64,000 nt of DNA, from contig PKYG01000097.1 of the NCBI GenBank assembly GCA_003132585.1, positions 1,790-65,789 on the forward strand. Direction: 5' to 3'. The first letter of the stretch is position 1, and each line of letters opens with the position of its first letter. The stretch comes from Actinomycetota bacterium (GTDB lineage: Bacteria > Actinomycetota > Thermoleophilia > UBA2241). The notes under the pieces are model-generated. The model saw nothing but the letters and a program-made list of their open reading frames with translations. It made no database searches and was not told the origin of the DNA. Below, in pieces: positions 55,943 to 64,000 of the stretch. Position numbers and translations under genes: made by a program.

Positions 55943-57433
55943 TTGCCTAGGCGGCAACACACGCGCCGGGGGACACTGCTGCACAGGGGACCAAGAGTGA
56001 TCAGGAGACTGCCGCGCATCGTCGGTTCTGCCATCTTGGATGGCACAGCGCTCGCTGCCGCCTACTTCATCGCCCTCGCTATCCGCGACGGCATGCCTTC
56101 CGGGCAGTACCTCTCGCAGGGCACCTACGTCACCGACTGGTCGCTCTGCGTCATGCTCGTGGCCACCGCGGTCTCCTTCGCCGCCTTCGGCCTGTACACG
56201 GCCGAGGTCTACGTGTACCGGCCGCTGCTGCTCCGCACGCTCGTCAAGGGCTGGGCCAGCGCGCTCATCGTCTCCGCGGTCACGGTGTACTTCGTTAAGT
56301 CGCCCCACATAAACCAGTCGCGCTTCCTGCTGCTCGCCACCTTCGGCCTGTTCGCGCTGTTCAGTGCCTTGCTGCGCCTGTCGATCCATGCCCGCGCGTA
56401 CCGGCGCAAGGTCGCCGAGCAGAAGCCGATAGTGTTGGTGGTCGGCCAGTCGGCGCGCTCAGAAGTGCTCAAGAGCCACCTCAGCGATCTTTGCGGCTTC
56501 AGCCGCTGGAAGGCCATTGTCTGCCCAGGCGGCGCTCGCGAGTACTCTCTCGCGGTCACGGCGGCCCTCGACGGCGCGGCCGCTAACGGTCGCGTCGTGC
56601 AGGCCGTCATCATCGACGTGGGTGGCATGCCGTTGCAGGGCGTGCTGCCGGTGGTGCAGCAGGTACGCGCACGCCGCTGCTGCGAGGTCTACATGCTCTC
56701 CGAGCTTGCCTGGCCCTTGCGACCTACGCCGCTGCTCGGCGAGCTCTTCGCGGCACCGGTGGTGCGCGTGCGCCGTCGGGCGCCCAACGGCGCCGAGCGC
56801 CGCGCCAAGCGCGTGCTCGACATCCTGCTCTCGTCACTGGGTCTCGCCGCTTTCGCCCTGCCCATGGGCGCCATCGCGGTGGCGATCGAGCTCAGCTCGC
56901 CCGGCCCGCTCTTCCACCGCCAGGAGCGCATCGGTCTGCGCGGCCGCAGCTTCCACTTCGTCAAGTTCCGCAGCATGGTGGTCGGCGACCACCAGCAGCG
57001 CCACCGTGAGTACGTGCAGGCGCTGATCGCCGGTGAAACGGAAGGGTGTGATCAGGGGGACCCGGAGGAGCACGTCAGGGTCCTCAAGATGACCGAGGAC
57101 GATCACGTTACACGGGTGGGCCGCTTCCTCCGCCGCTATTCGCTCGATGAGCTGCCACAGCTCTGGAACGTGCTGCGCGGCGACATGAGCCTGGTGGGGC
57201 CGCGCCCGCCGCTTCCTTACGAGGTCGACGCCTACACCGGCTGGCACCGCCAGCGGCTGCAGTCGCTGCCCGGCCTCAGCGGCCTGTGGCAGGTCGGCGG
57301 CCGTAGTCGCGTCACCTTCGACGAGATGGTCTTCCAGGACCTGCTGTATGCCACCAACCAATCGCCGCTGCTCGACCTGGCCATCTGCCTGCGCACGGTG
57401 CCGGCGATCATCAATGGCCACGGGGCAGCGTGA
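55943..57433 (+). CDS. Priming sugar-phosphate transferase (Bac_transf domain)
   Basis: N-terminal TMs; KFRSM, SLDELPQLWNVLRGDMSLVGPRP, PGLSGLWQV; start may be GTG near 55997. Confidence 0.9.
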   Translation: MPRRQHTRRGTLLHRGPRVIRRLPRIVGSAILDGTALAAAYFIALAIRDGMPSGQYLSQGTYVTDWSLCVMLVATAVSFAAFGLYTAEVYVYRPLLLRTLVKGWASALIVSAVTVYFVKSPHINQSRFLLLATFGLFALFSALLRLSIHARAYRRKVAEQKPIVLVVGQSARSEVLKSHLSDLCGFSRWKAIVCPGGAREYSLAVTAALDGAAANGRVVQAVIIDVGGMPLQGVLPVVQQVRARRCCEVYMLSELAWPLRPTPLLGELFAAPVVRVRRRAPNGAERRAKRVLDILLSSLGLAAFALPMGAIAVAIELSSPGPLFHRQERIGLRGRSFHFVKFRSMVVGDHQQRHREYVQALIAGETEGCDQGDPEEHVRVLKMTEDDHVTRVGRFLRRYSLDELPQLWNVLRGDMSLVGPRPPLPYEVDAYTGWHRQRLQSLPGLSGLWQVGGRSRVTFDEMVFQDLLYATNQSPLLDLAICLRTVPAIINGHGAA

Positions 57434-57440
57434 TCGTGTC

Positions 57441-58481
57441 GTGAGCCTTGATCAAGTGAAGACGCTAGCGCTCATCGGCTCTGGCTACTGGGGACCCAAC
57501 CTATTACGCAACTACATGGACATCCCCGATGTGAACCTCAAGTGGGTCTGCGATCTGCTCCCGGCGGTTCTCGACAAAGCACATAGCCTCTGTCCGACGG
57601 TACAGACGACCACCTCGGTCGACGATGTGCTCCGCGACCCCGAGGTAGACGGCGTGCTCATCGCCACGCCCATCGGTACGCACTATCAGCTCAGCAAGGC
57701 AGCCCTGCTTGCCGGCAAGCACGTGTTCGTAGAGAAGCCGCTCACCACGTCGGCCACGCAGTGCGCCGATCTCACGGTGCTCGCCGCCGAGCGGAAGCTC
57801 ACGCTCATGGTGGGCCACACCTTCATCTACAGCCCGCCGGTGCGCAAGGTCAAGGAGCTCATCGATGCGGGCGAGCTCGGCGAGGTGCGTTTTGTGACCA
57901 TGCAGCGCGTCAACCTCGGTCTGCACCAGAAAGACGCCAGCGTCATCTGGGACCTCGCCGCTCACGACCTGTCCATCCTCGACTACTGGCTGGAGGAGAT
58001 GCCCTGCGTCGTCGACTCCATCGGTCGCGACTGCATGCGTAACGGCATTCCGGACGTCGCCTTTGTCAACCTGCAGTACCCCTCCGGCGTGGTGGCTCAG
58101 GTCACTGTCTCCTGGCTCTCTCCCGTCAAGCTGCGGCGCACCGTGGTGGTCGGGGACCGCAAGATGCTCGTCTACGACGACACGGAGCCGGTGGAGAAAG
58201 TCAAGGTGTTCGACCACGGCGCTGAGTTCAAGGAACCGGAGTCGTTCGCCGAGTTCCAGATGGTCTACCGCACCGGCGACATCATCAGCCCGAAGATCGG
58301 CAACGCGGAGCCGCTACGGCTAGAGGCCGAGCACTTCCTGGACTGCATCGGCAATGGGCACAACCCGATCACCAACGGTGAGATGGGCCTGCGCGTGGTC
58401 GCCGTCTTGGAGGCCGCCGATGCCTCCTTGCGCGAAGGCGTCCGCAAGACCGTCGAGCTCGGACCGAGCGTCCTTGCCTGA
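57441..58481 (+). CDS. Gfo/Idh/MocA oxidoreductase (WbpB/WlbA-like)
   Basis: GSGYWGPNL, HVFVEKP, WDLAAHD, SWLSP.K.R. Confidence 0.88.
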   Translation: MSLDQVKTLALIGSGYWGPNLLRNYMDIPDVNLKWVCDLLPAVLDKAHSLCPTVQTTTSVDDVLRDPEVDGVLIATPIGTHYQLSKAALLAGKHVFVEKPLTTSATQCADLTVLAAERKLTLMVGHTFIYSPPVRKVKELIDAGELGEVRFVTMQRVNLGLHQKDASVIWDLAAHDLSILDYWLEEMPCVVDSIGRDCMRNGIPDVAFVNLQYPSGVVAQVTVSWLSPVKLRRTVVVGDRKMLVYDDTEPVEKVKVFDHGAEFKEPESFAEFQMVYRTGDIISPKIGNAEPLRLEAEHFLDCIGNGHNPITNGEMGLRVVAVLEAADASLREGVRKTVELGPSVLA

Positions 58482-59145
58482 GCCCGCCGTATACGACGGG
58501 GTACAGGTGGCGCCGGGCGTGGTCATCGGACCGGGCGCCGACCTGCAGGCACCCTGCATCCTCGGCAAGGCGCCACGCGGGGCGGCCGACGGAGAGCTGC
58601 CGCTCGTCATCGGCGCCAACGCCGTCGTTCGGCCCTTCACCACGATCTATGCCGGCAGCACCTTCGGCGATCGCCTGCAGACCGGCCAGGGCGCCAGCAT
58701 CCGCGAAGACAACGTCGTCGCCGACGACGTCTCTATCGGCGCCAATGCCGTTCTGGAGTTCGGAAACAGAATAGGCAGCCGGGTGCGCATCCACTCCGGC
58801 TGCTTCCTCGAGATGGTGACGATCGAAGACGACGTGTTCGTAGGTCCCCACGTCGTCTTCACCGACGACCCTCACCCCATGAACTGTCCGCGCTACAAAG
58901 ACTGCAAGGGTGGCCCGGTGGTGCGCCGTCTGGCCCGCATCGGTGCCAATGTCACCATCCTGCCGGGTGTGGTCGTCGGCGAGAACGCTCTCGTGGGGGC
59001 CGGCTCGGTCGTTGTCGACGATGTCCCGCCGGGGGCCGTCGTCGTCGGCAACCCGGCCCGGGTGGTCAAGTACGTCGGCGACCTCACCTGCGGTCCAGGC
59101 CTTGTCGCCAGGCCCTTCGACTGGCCCCCGTACGCGGGCGTGTGA
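58474..59145 (+). CDS. Hexapeptide N-acyltransferase (WbpD/WlbB-like)
   Basis: IEDDVFVGPHVVFTDD, IGANVTILPGV, VGAGSVV, VGNPAR. Confidence 0.85.
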   Translation: MPEPAVYDGVQVAPGVVIGPGADLQAPCILGKAPRGAADGELPLVIGANAVVRPFTTIYAGSTFGDRLQTGQGASIREDNVVADDVSIGANAVLEFGNRIGSRVRIHSGCFLEMVTIEDDVFVGPHVVFTDDPHPMNCPRYKDCKGGPVVRRLARIGANVTILPGVVVGENALVGAGSVVVDDVPPGAVVVGNPARVVKYVGDLTCGPGLVARPFDWPPYAGV

Positions 59146-59204
59146 CGGCATGCTGCTACTGATAGGATGATGATGCTTCATCCCTCGATCCCCCGGAGAT
59201 CAGC

Positions 59205-60878
59205 TTGACTGAGGTGAACGGCCTCAACGGTGAGCCGCAGGGCATGACACTACGCGACTACGCTCAGGTGATCGTGCGGCGACTGTGGCTGATTCTCCTC
59301 ATCGTCGCGGTCGCCACCGGCGCGGCGTTCTTCTTCTCCTCGCGACAGACGAAGATGTACGCGGCGACCGCCAAGATCATGTACACGGCCTCGCTCAATG
59401 TGGCCGATCCGCTGACCGGGCAATCCTATGTCGATCCGAATGCGCGGGCAGCCGATCTGGCGAGCGTCGCCACCGTCATCAGCAGCCCAGACATGCAGCA
59501 GCGCGGTGCCGCCTTGGTGCGCACGCAGGAGCCTGCGCCCGCCGCATTCAGCGTCACGGCCGTGGTGCAGAGTGACAGCACCACCGTGAACACGGGCACG
59601 AACACGGTCGTCGACATCAACGGCACCAGCAGCGCCCCCGCGACAGCCGAGATCGCCGCCAACGCCTATGCGAAATCGTTCATCGAGTGGCGCAAGGAGA
59701 TAGAGAGAGCGCAGATCGGCAGCGCGCTCGATGCGTTGAAGACGCGCATGGCCGAGTTCAAGACGGCCGTCGCCCAACAAAGCACCGAGTACCTCATCCT
59801 CGTCCAGCGCGTCCAGGACCTGGAGATCCGCAAGGCAACGGTCACGGGCAACTTCAGCTTCGTCGTGCCCGCCTCGCTGCCTGCGGCGCCGTACGCACCG
59901 AAACCGCTGCGCAGCGCCATCCTCGGCCTGGCCGTGGGCCTCTTCGCCGCCATCGGCCTCGCCTTCCTGCTCGAGCAGCTCGACACGAGCATCCGCACCG
60001 AGGATCGGCTCCTCGGCATCATGCGCCAGCCGATCCTCGGGCGCATCCCGCGCATCGCCAAGAAGGCGCTCGAGCACGGCGTGCTGCTCACGATCAGCGC
60101 GCCGACCAGCGCGGCGGCGGAGGCGTTTCGCATGCTGCGCAGCAACCTCGACTTCACGCAGGTCGACGGCGATCTTTCGTCGGTGCTCGTGACCAGCTCG
60201 GTGCAGGGCGAGGGCAAGTCCGTCACCGCCTGCAACCTCGGCGTCTCGCTGGCGCTTGCCGGCAAGCGCATCGTCGTCGTCGACGGCGACCTGCGTCGGC
60301 CACGCGTGCACGCCTACTTCGGTCTCAGCAACGAGACTGGCGTCTCCACCGTGGCCTCGGGCAGGACCAAGCTCACCGACGCCCTGCAAGCCGTGTGGCT
60401 GCGGCCGGGCAACGACAACGGACCGGCCGCCGCCGCGTCGCTCGCCGACGGCGGCTCGGCGAACGTCCCGAAGCTGTACGTGCTGTCCAGCGGCCCGCTG
60501 CCGCCGAACCCCGGCGAGGTCGTCGCCTCCAAGCGCTTCGCGGCGATCGTCAAGCAGCTCGAGCGGGAGGCCGACCTTGTCATCGTCGACTCGCCGGCGA
60601 TGCTCGCCGTGGGCGACACGGCGGAGTTGGCGAGCAAGGTCGACGGCATGGTCTACCTCGTCGACATGAAGCTCATGCGCCGTCCGATGTTGGAGGAGGC
60701 GGTACGCCGGCTCGGCCAGGTGCCCTGCCGCAAGCTGGGGCTCGTCGTCATCCGTCACTCTCAGAACTCGGCCTACTACCGCCGGCACTACTACTACTAC
60801 ACGTACGGCCAGGACGGCGGCAAGCAGGTCAAGTCGCGCTTCGGCGAGAAGCGGGAGAAGGCGCCGGTCGAGTCGTAG
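59205..60878 (+). CDS. Polysaccharide co-polymerase / tyrosine autokinase (Wzc-like fusion)
   Basis: Wzz-like N-terminus, AEAFRMLRSNL, GEGKS, DGDLRRP, VDSP, C-terminal YYRRHYYYYTY cluster. Confidence 0.9.
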   Translation: MTEVNGLNGEPQGMTLRDYAQVIVRRLWLILLIVAVATGAAFFFSSRQTKMYAATAKIMYTASLNVADPLTGQSYVDPNARAADLASVATVISSPDMQQRGAALVRTQEPAPAAFSVTAVVQSDSTTVNTGTNTVVDINGTSSAPATAEIAANAYAKSFIEWRKEIERAQIGSALDALKTRMAEFKTAVAQQSTEYLILVQRVQDLEIRKATVTGNFSFVVPASLPAAPYAPKPLRSAILGLAVGLFAAIGLAFLLEQLDTSIRTEDRLLGIMRQPILGRIPRIAKKALEHGVLLTISAPTSAAAEAFRMLRSNLDFTQVDGDLSSVLVTSSVQGEGKSVTACNLGVSLALAGKRIVVVDGDLRRPRVHAYFGLSNETGVSTVASGRTKLTDALQAVWLRPGNDNGPAAAASLADGGSANVPKLYVLSSGPLPPNPGEVVASKRFAAIVKQLEREADLVIVDSPAMLAVGDTAELASKVDGMVYLVDMKLMRRPMLEEAVRRLGQVPCRKLGLVVIRHSQNSAYYRRHYYYYTYGQDGGKQVKSRFGEKREKAPVES

Positions 60879-60932
60879 CCGATCTCGCTCTTGCTGCCGG
60901 TCACGACCGAAGTTGTCACGCTGTTGCTTTCG

Positions 60933-62402
60933 TCAGTACGCGCCGCGGCTCGAGAAAACGGTCCCCAGCGTCTTGAAGAAGATCGCGATATCGGTGCCCA
61001 GCGACCACGTGTCGATGTAGTGGAAGTCGAGCGTCACCATGTCGTCGAAGCCGAGGTTGCTGCGCCCGCTGATCTGCCACAGGCCGGTGAGACCGGGCAG
61101 TACCACGTGACGGCGCTTGCACCAGTCCTCCATCAGGCGGTTGTCGCGCAGCGACAGCGGTCGCGGCCCCACGATGCTCATGTCGCCCTTGAGCACGTTG
61201 AAGAGCTGTGGTAGCTCGTCGAGACTGAAGCGCCGCAGCGTACGACCGGCGCGTGTGATCCGCGGATCGCCGGTCATCTTGAAGATCGCTCCCGTCGCCT
61301 CGTTGAGCTCCTCGAGCTCGGCCTGCCGGACGTCGGCGTTGGCGTGCATGGTGCGGAACTTGTAGCACTTGAAGAGGCGCTGCCCGAGGCCGACGCGCTC
61401 GCTTGCATAGATCACCGGACCCGGAGAGGTGAGCTTGACGACGAGAGCGACGGCGAGCAGAAGCGGTGCTGCGACGACGACCATCAGCGACGCGAAGAGC
61501 AGGTCCATCGCGCGCTTGGCGACGAACTGGCTGGCGCGACTCGGTGGTCCGCTCACCGCGAACAGCGGCGAGGAGAAACCGGGGAGGAAGGCGACGCGCT
61601 CCGGCGCGAGGTCGCTGGGCGGCGCCACTTTGAGCGTCACATGGCGCCGCTGGCAACTGAAGATGATCCCCTCCAGGTACTCGCGCACGAGGTCCGTGTC
61701 GGCGAGCACGACCTCGTCCGGCATGTGTTGTTCGAGGATGTCGTCAAAACGCTCGAGCGCTCCCAGCGACGGCAGGCCGGTGAGCTCCTGCCAGCGCCGC
61801 GGCAGCGGCGTGTCGCTGAGCACGCCGAGCAGCTTGTAGCGCATGCCGGGCGTTGCCGCCGGCAGCATCTCGCGCACGCGCTCGCACTCCACGGCCGAGC
61901 CGACGAGGACCACACGGCGAACGTCGAGGCCTGGTCCGAGGAACGCGTCGAGCATCAGGTCATAGGCTCGCCGGAGACTCAGGAAGACGATCACGGCGAG
62001 CAGCCACATAAGCAGCAGCGAGCCGCTCGTCACGTGCGTTGCGAAGACGCCAAGGAGCAGGGCGAGGATGAAGAGCACCCAGAACGCCGCGTGCATAACG
62101 CGCAGCCGGTTGCGGCGAGTCCCACGCAGGCCGTAGAGCCCGAGCCCGCCGGCGACTGCCACGGTGAGCACCGCGGCCATCAGCACCGCCGGCATCGACG
62201 GCGGCGTGACGTGCAGGCGCGGGATGCGGTTCCAAAGAGGGTCGGCGGCATAGGCGGCGACAAAGACGGCGGCGACGTCGAAGAGGACCAACGCGAGAAT
62301 GCTCAGCGTGCGGCCCAGGACGAACTGGTGGAGGATCGCGTCGACCGACACGCGGTAGGGCGATCGGACATCGCGATCGAGAACTACTTCGCGGACAGAC
62401 AC
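60933..62402 (-). CDS. Priming sugar-phosphate transferase (WcaJ/WbaP-like)
   Basis: TMs, KFRTM, DPRIT, SLDELPQLFNVLKGDMSIVGPRP, GAY end. Confidence 0.92.
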   Translation of the reverse strand: MSVREVVLDRDVRSPYRVSVDAILHQFVLGRTLSILALVLFDVAAVFVAAYAADPLWNRIPRLHVTPPSMPAVLMAAVLTVAVAGGLGLYGLRGTRRNRLRVMHAAFWVLFILALLLGVFATHVTSGSLLLMWLLAVIVFLSLRRAYDLMLDAFLGPGLDVRRVVLVGSAVECERVREMLPAATPGMRYKLLGVLSDTPLPRRWQELTGLPSLGALERFDDILEQHMPDEVVLADTDLVREYLEGIIFSCQRRHVTLKVAPPSDLAPERVAFLPGFSSPLFAVSGPPSRASQFVAKRAMDLLFASLMVVVAAPLLLAVALVVKLTSPGPVIYASERVGLGQRLFKCYKFRTMHANADVRQAELEELNEATGAIFKMTGDPRITRAGRTLRRFSLDELPQLFNVLKGDMSIVGPRPLSLRDNRLMEDWCKRRHVVLPGLTGLWQISGRSNLGFDDMVTLDFHYIDTWSLGTDIAIFFKTLGTVFSSRGAY

Positions 62403-62459
62403 TGTTCCCGCTTCTTTCCGCCGAGAGAGGCCCCTCAGCCCGCGCTAAGGGGTCCCAAC

Positions 62460-62488
62460 ATTATATGCACGCTACCTGCGCGCGACAA
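62460..62488 (-). promoter_or_regulatory. Sigma70-type promoter for the minus-strand sugar transferase
   Basis: Minus strand TTGTCG - 17 bp - TATAAT. Confidence 0.65.
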
Positions 62489-62596
62489 GAAAACCGCGAA
62501 GCGTTGGCCCAAATGGCGTTTACTGCGCTGGCGACACGCAGCGGCGCGAGCGCCCATCGCGCTGCCTGTCATATCCCTCCGGCGCGGGTGACGCTC

Positions 62597-62605
62597 TGGT
62601 ACAAT
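62597..62605 (+). promoter_or_regulatory. Extended -10 (TGG-TACAAT), probable leaderless fcl-gmd transcript
   Basis: TACAAT ends 7 nt before ATG 62613; no Shine-Dalgarno. Confidence 0.55.
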
Positions 62606-62612
62606 CGCGGCG

Positions 62613-63581
62613 ATGTCGAGCCTCACCCGCATCCTCGTCGCCGGTCACACCGGCCTTGTCGGCAGCGCCGTCGTGCGCGCCCTGCACGCGCGTGGCTACG
62701 AGAATCTCGTCTGCCGCGACATCGCCGATGTCGATCTGACCAATCAAGCCGCCACGCGCGCTCTTTTCGCCGAGGAGCGTCCCGACGTCGTCGTGCTCGC
62801 CGCCGCCAAGGTCGGCGGCATCCTCGCCAACTCGGAGCAGCCCTACGAGTTCATCGACGTCAACCTCGGCATCGAGCTCAACGTCGTCGGCGAGGCGTTC
62901 CGTCACGAGGTCAAGCGGCTGATCTTCCTCGGCAGCTCCTGCATCTATCCCAAACTGGCGCCGCAGCCGCTCAAGGAGGAGTTCCTCCTGACCGGCCTGC
63001 TCGAGGAGACGAACCGCGCGTATGCGATCGCCAAGATCGCCGGCATCGAGCTGTGCCGCAGTCTCAACCGTGAGTACGGCACCGACTACCTGTCGCTGAT
63101 GCCGACCAACCTTTACGGCCCCGGCGACAACTTCGATCTGAAGACGAGCCACGTGCTCCCGGCGATGATCCGCAAGTTCCACGAGGCCAAGCTCGGCCTG
63201 CCGGACGAAGAGGGGCGCGAGCGCGCGCCGCAGTCGGCGGTCGTCCTGTGGGGGAGCGGCACGCCGCGGCGCGAGCTGCTGCACGTCGACGACCTCGCCG
63301 CGGCGATCGTCTTCCTGCTCGAGGGCGTGCATGCCGGCGACGTGCCCGACGCGCTGGTCAACGTCGGCACAAGTCGCGACCAGACCATCCGCGACCTGGC
63401 CGCCATCGTCCAGCGCGTCGTCGGCCACACCGGCCCGGTCGAATGGGACGCCAGCCGGCCCGACGGCGCGCCACAGAAACTGCTCGACGTGAGCCGCATC
63501 ACGGCGCTGGGCTGGACGCCGACGATCGGGCTCGAAGAGGGCATCCGTAGCACCTACGAGTGGTACTGCGCGCGAGCTTGA
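62613..63581 (+). CDS. fcl: GDP-L-fucose synthase family (GDP-4-keto-6-deoxymannose epimerase/reductase)
   Basis: [47 protein letters not shown]. Confidence 0.93.
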   Translation: MSSLTRILVAGHTGLVGSAVVRALHARGYENLVCRDIADVDLTNQAATRALFAEERPDVVVLAAAKVGGILANSEQPYEFIDVNLGIELNVVGEAFRHEVKRLIFLGSSCIYPKLAPQPLKEEFLLTGLLEETNRAYAIAKIAGIELCRSLNREYGTDYLSLMPTNLYGPGDNFDLKTSHVLPAMIRKFHEAKLGLPDEEGRERAPQSAVVLWGSGTPRRELLHVDDLAAAIVFLLEGVHAGDVPDALVNVGTSRDQTIRDLAAIVQRVVGHTGPVEWDASRPDGAPQKLLDVSRITALGWTPTIGLEEGIRSTYEWYCARA

Positions 63582-63591
63582 GGAGGGCGCG

Positions 63592-64000
63592 ATGGCAAAG
63601 ACCGCACTGATCACCGGCATCACCGGCCAGGACGGGGCATATCTGGCGGAGCTGCTGCTCGAGAAAGGCTACATAGTGCACGGCATCAAGCGTCGCGCCA
63701 GCCTCTTCAACACGCACCGGGTCGACCATCTCTACTCCGATCCGCACAACACGGGCGTGCGCTTCTTCATGCACTACGGAGACATGACCGACGCCACCAA
63801 CCTGATCCGCATCGTGCAGGAGACGCAGCCCGACGAGATCTATAACCTCGCGGCACAGTCTCACGTGCTGGTGAGCTTCGAGACGGCCGAGTACACGGCC
63901 AACGCCGACGCGCTGGGCACACTGCGGCTGCTCGAGGCGATGCGCATCTGCGGCCTCGAGCACACGTCGCGCTTCTACCAGGCGTCGACGTCCGAGATGT
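63592..64000 (+). CDS. gmd: GDP-mannose 4,6-dehydratase, 3'-partial
   Basis: [52 protein letters not shown]; RBS GAGGAGG; absent from the ORF track because it runs off the window. Confidence 0.95.
   Translation, partial: MAKTALITGITGQDGAYLAELLLEKGYIVHGIKRRASLFNTHRVDHLYSDPHNTGVRFFMHYGDMTDATNLIRIVQETQPDEIYNLAAQSHVLVSFETAEYTANADALGTLRLLEAMRICGLEHTSRFYQASTSEM

Noticed and set aside
1-64000. CRISPR arrays, tRNA/rRNA, integrases, defence or reverse-transcriptase genes
   Set aside because: No regularly spaced repeats, RNA-gene signatures or relevant protein motifs were seen on reading

Overview
The whole window is one surface-glycan biosynthesis mega-locus from a high-GC bacterium. An Actinomycetota host is plausible but only inferred from GC3 bias and an apparently leaderless promoter. 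Left arm (1-12.9 kb): a GT87-like membrane transferase, an unusual sugar-building operon (SDR epimerase, YerE/ALS-like ThDP enzyme, HpcH-type aldolase, SDR, dehydroquinate-synthase-like cyclase, HAD phosphatase), a GtrB-like GT2 and a GtrA/GT-C fusion, facing a convergent hddA-gmhA-gmhB heptose operon. Centre (13-54.7 kb): a mosaic with weaker codon bias, containing aminotransferases, stand-alone E1 alpha/beta ThDP subunits, a ColD-like dehydratase, wzm/wzt, many glycosyl- and methyltransferases, two O-antigen ligase/polymerase-like paralogs, a frameshifted IS21 element and many short gene remnants. Several remnants are 5' stubs of genes that occur intact further downstream. Right arm: WbpE/B/D-like genes, two priming sugar transferases, a Wzc-like kinase, fcl and a partial gmd. 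No rRNA, tRNA or CRISPR array was seen. The best candidates for new biology are (i) a pathway for a branched or carbocyclic sugar delivered by a Gtr-type lipid-carrier system and (ii) a recurrent 'stub - inserted gene - intact gene' architecture suggesting serial cassette acquisition.
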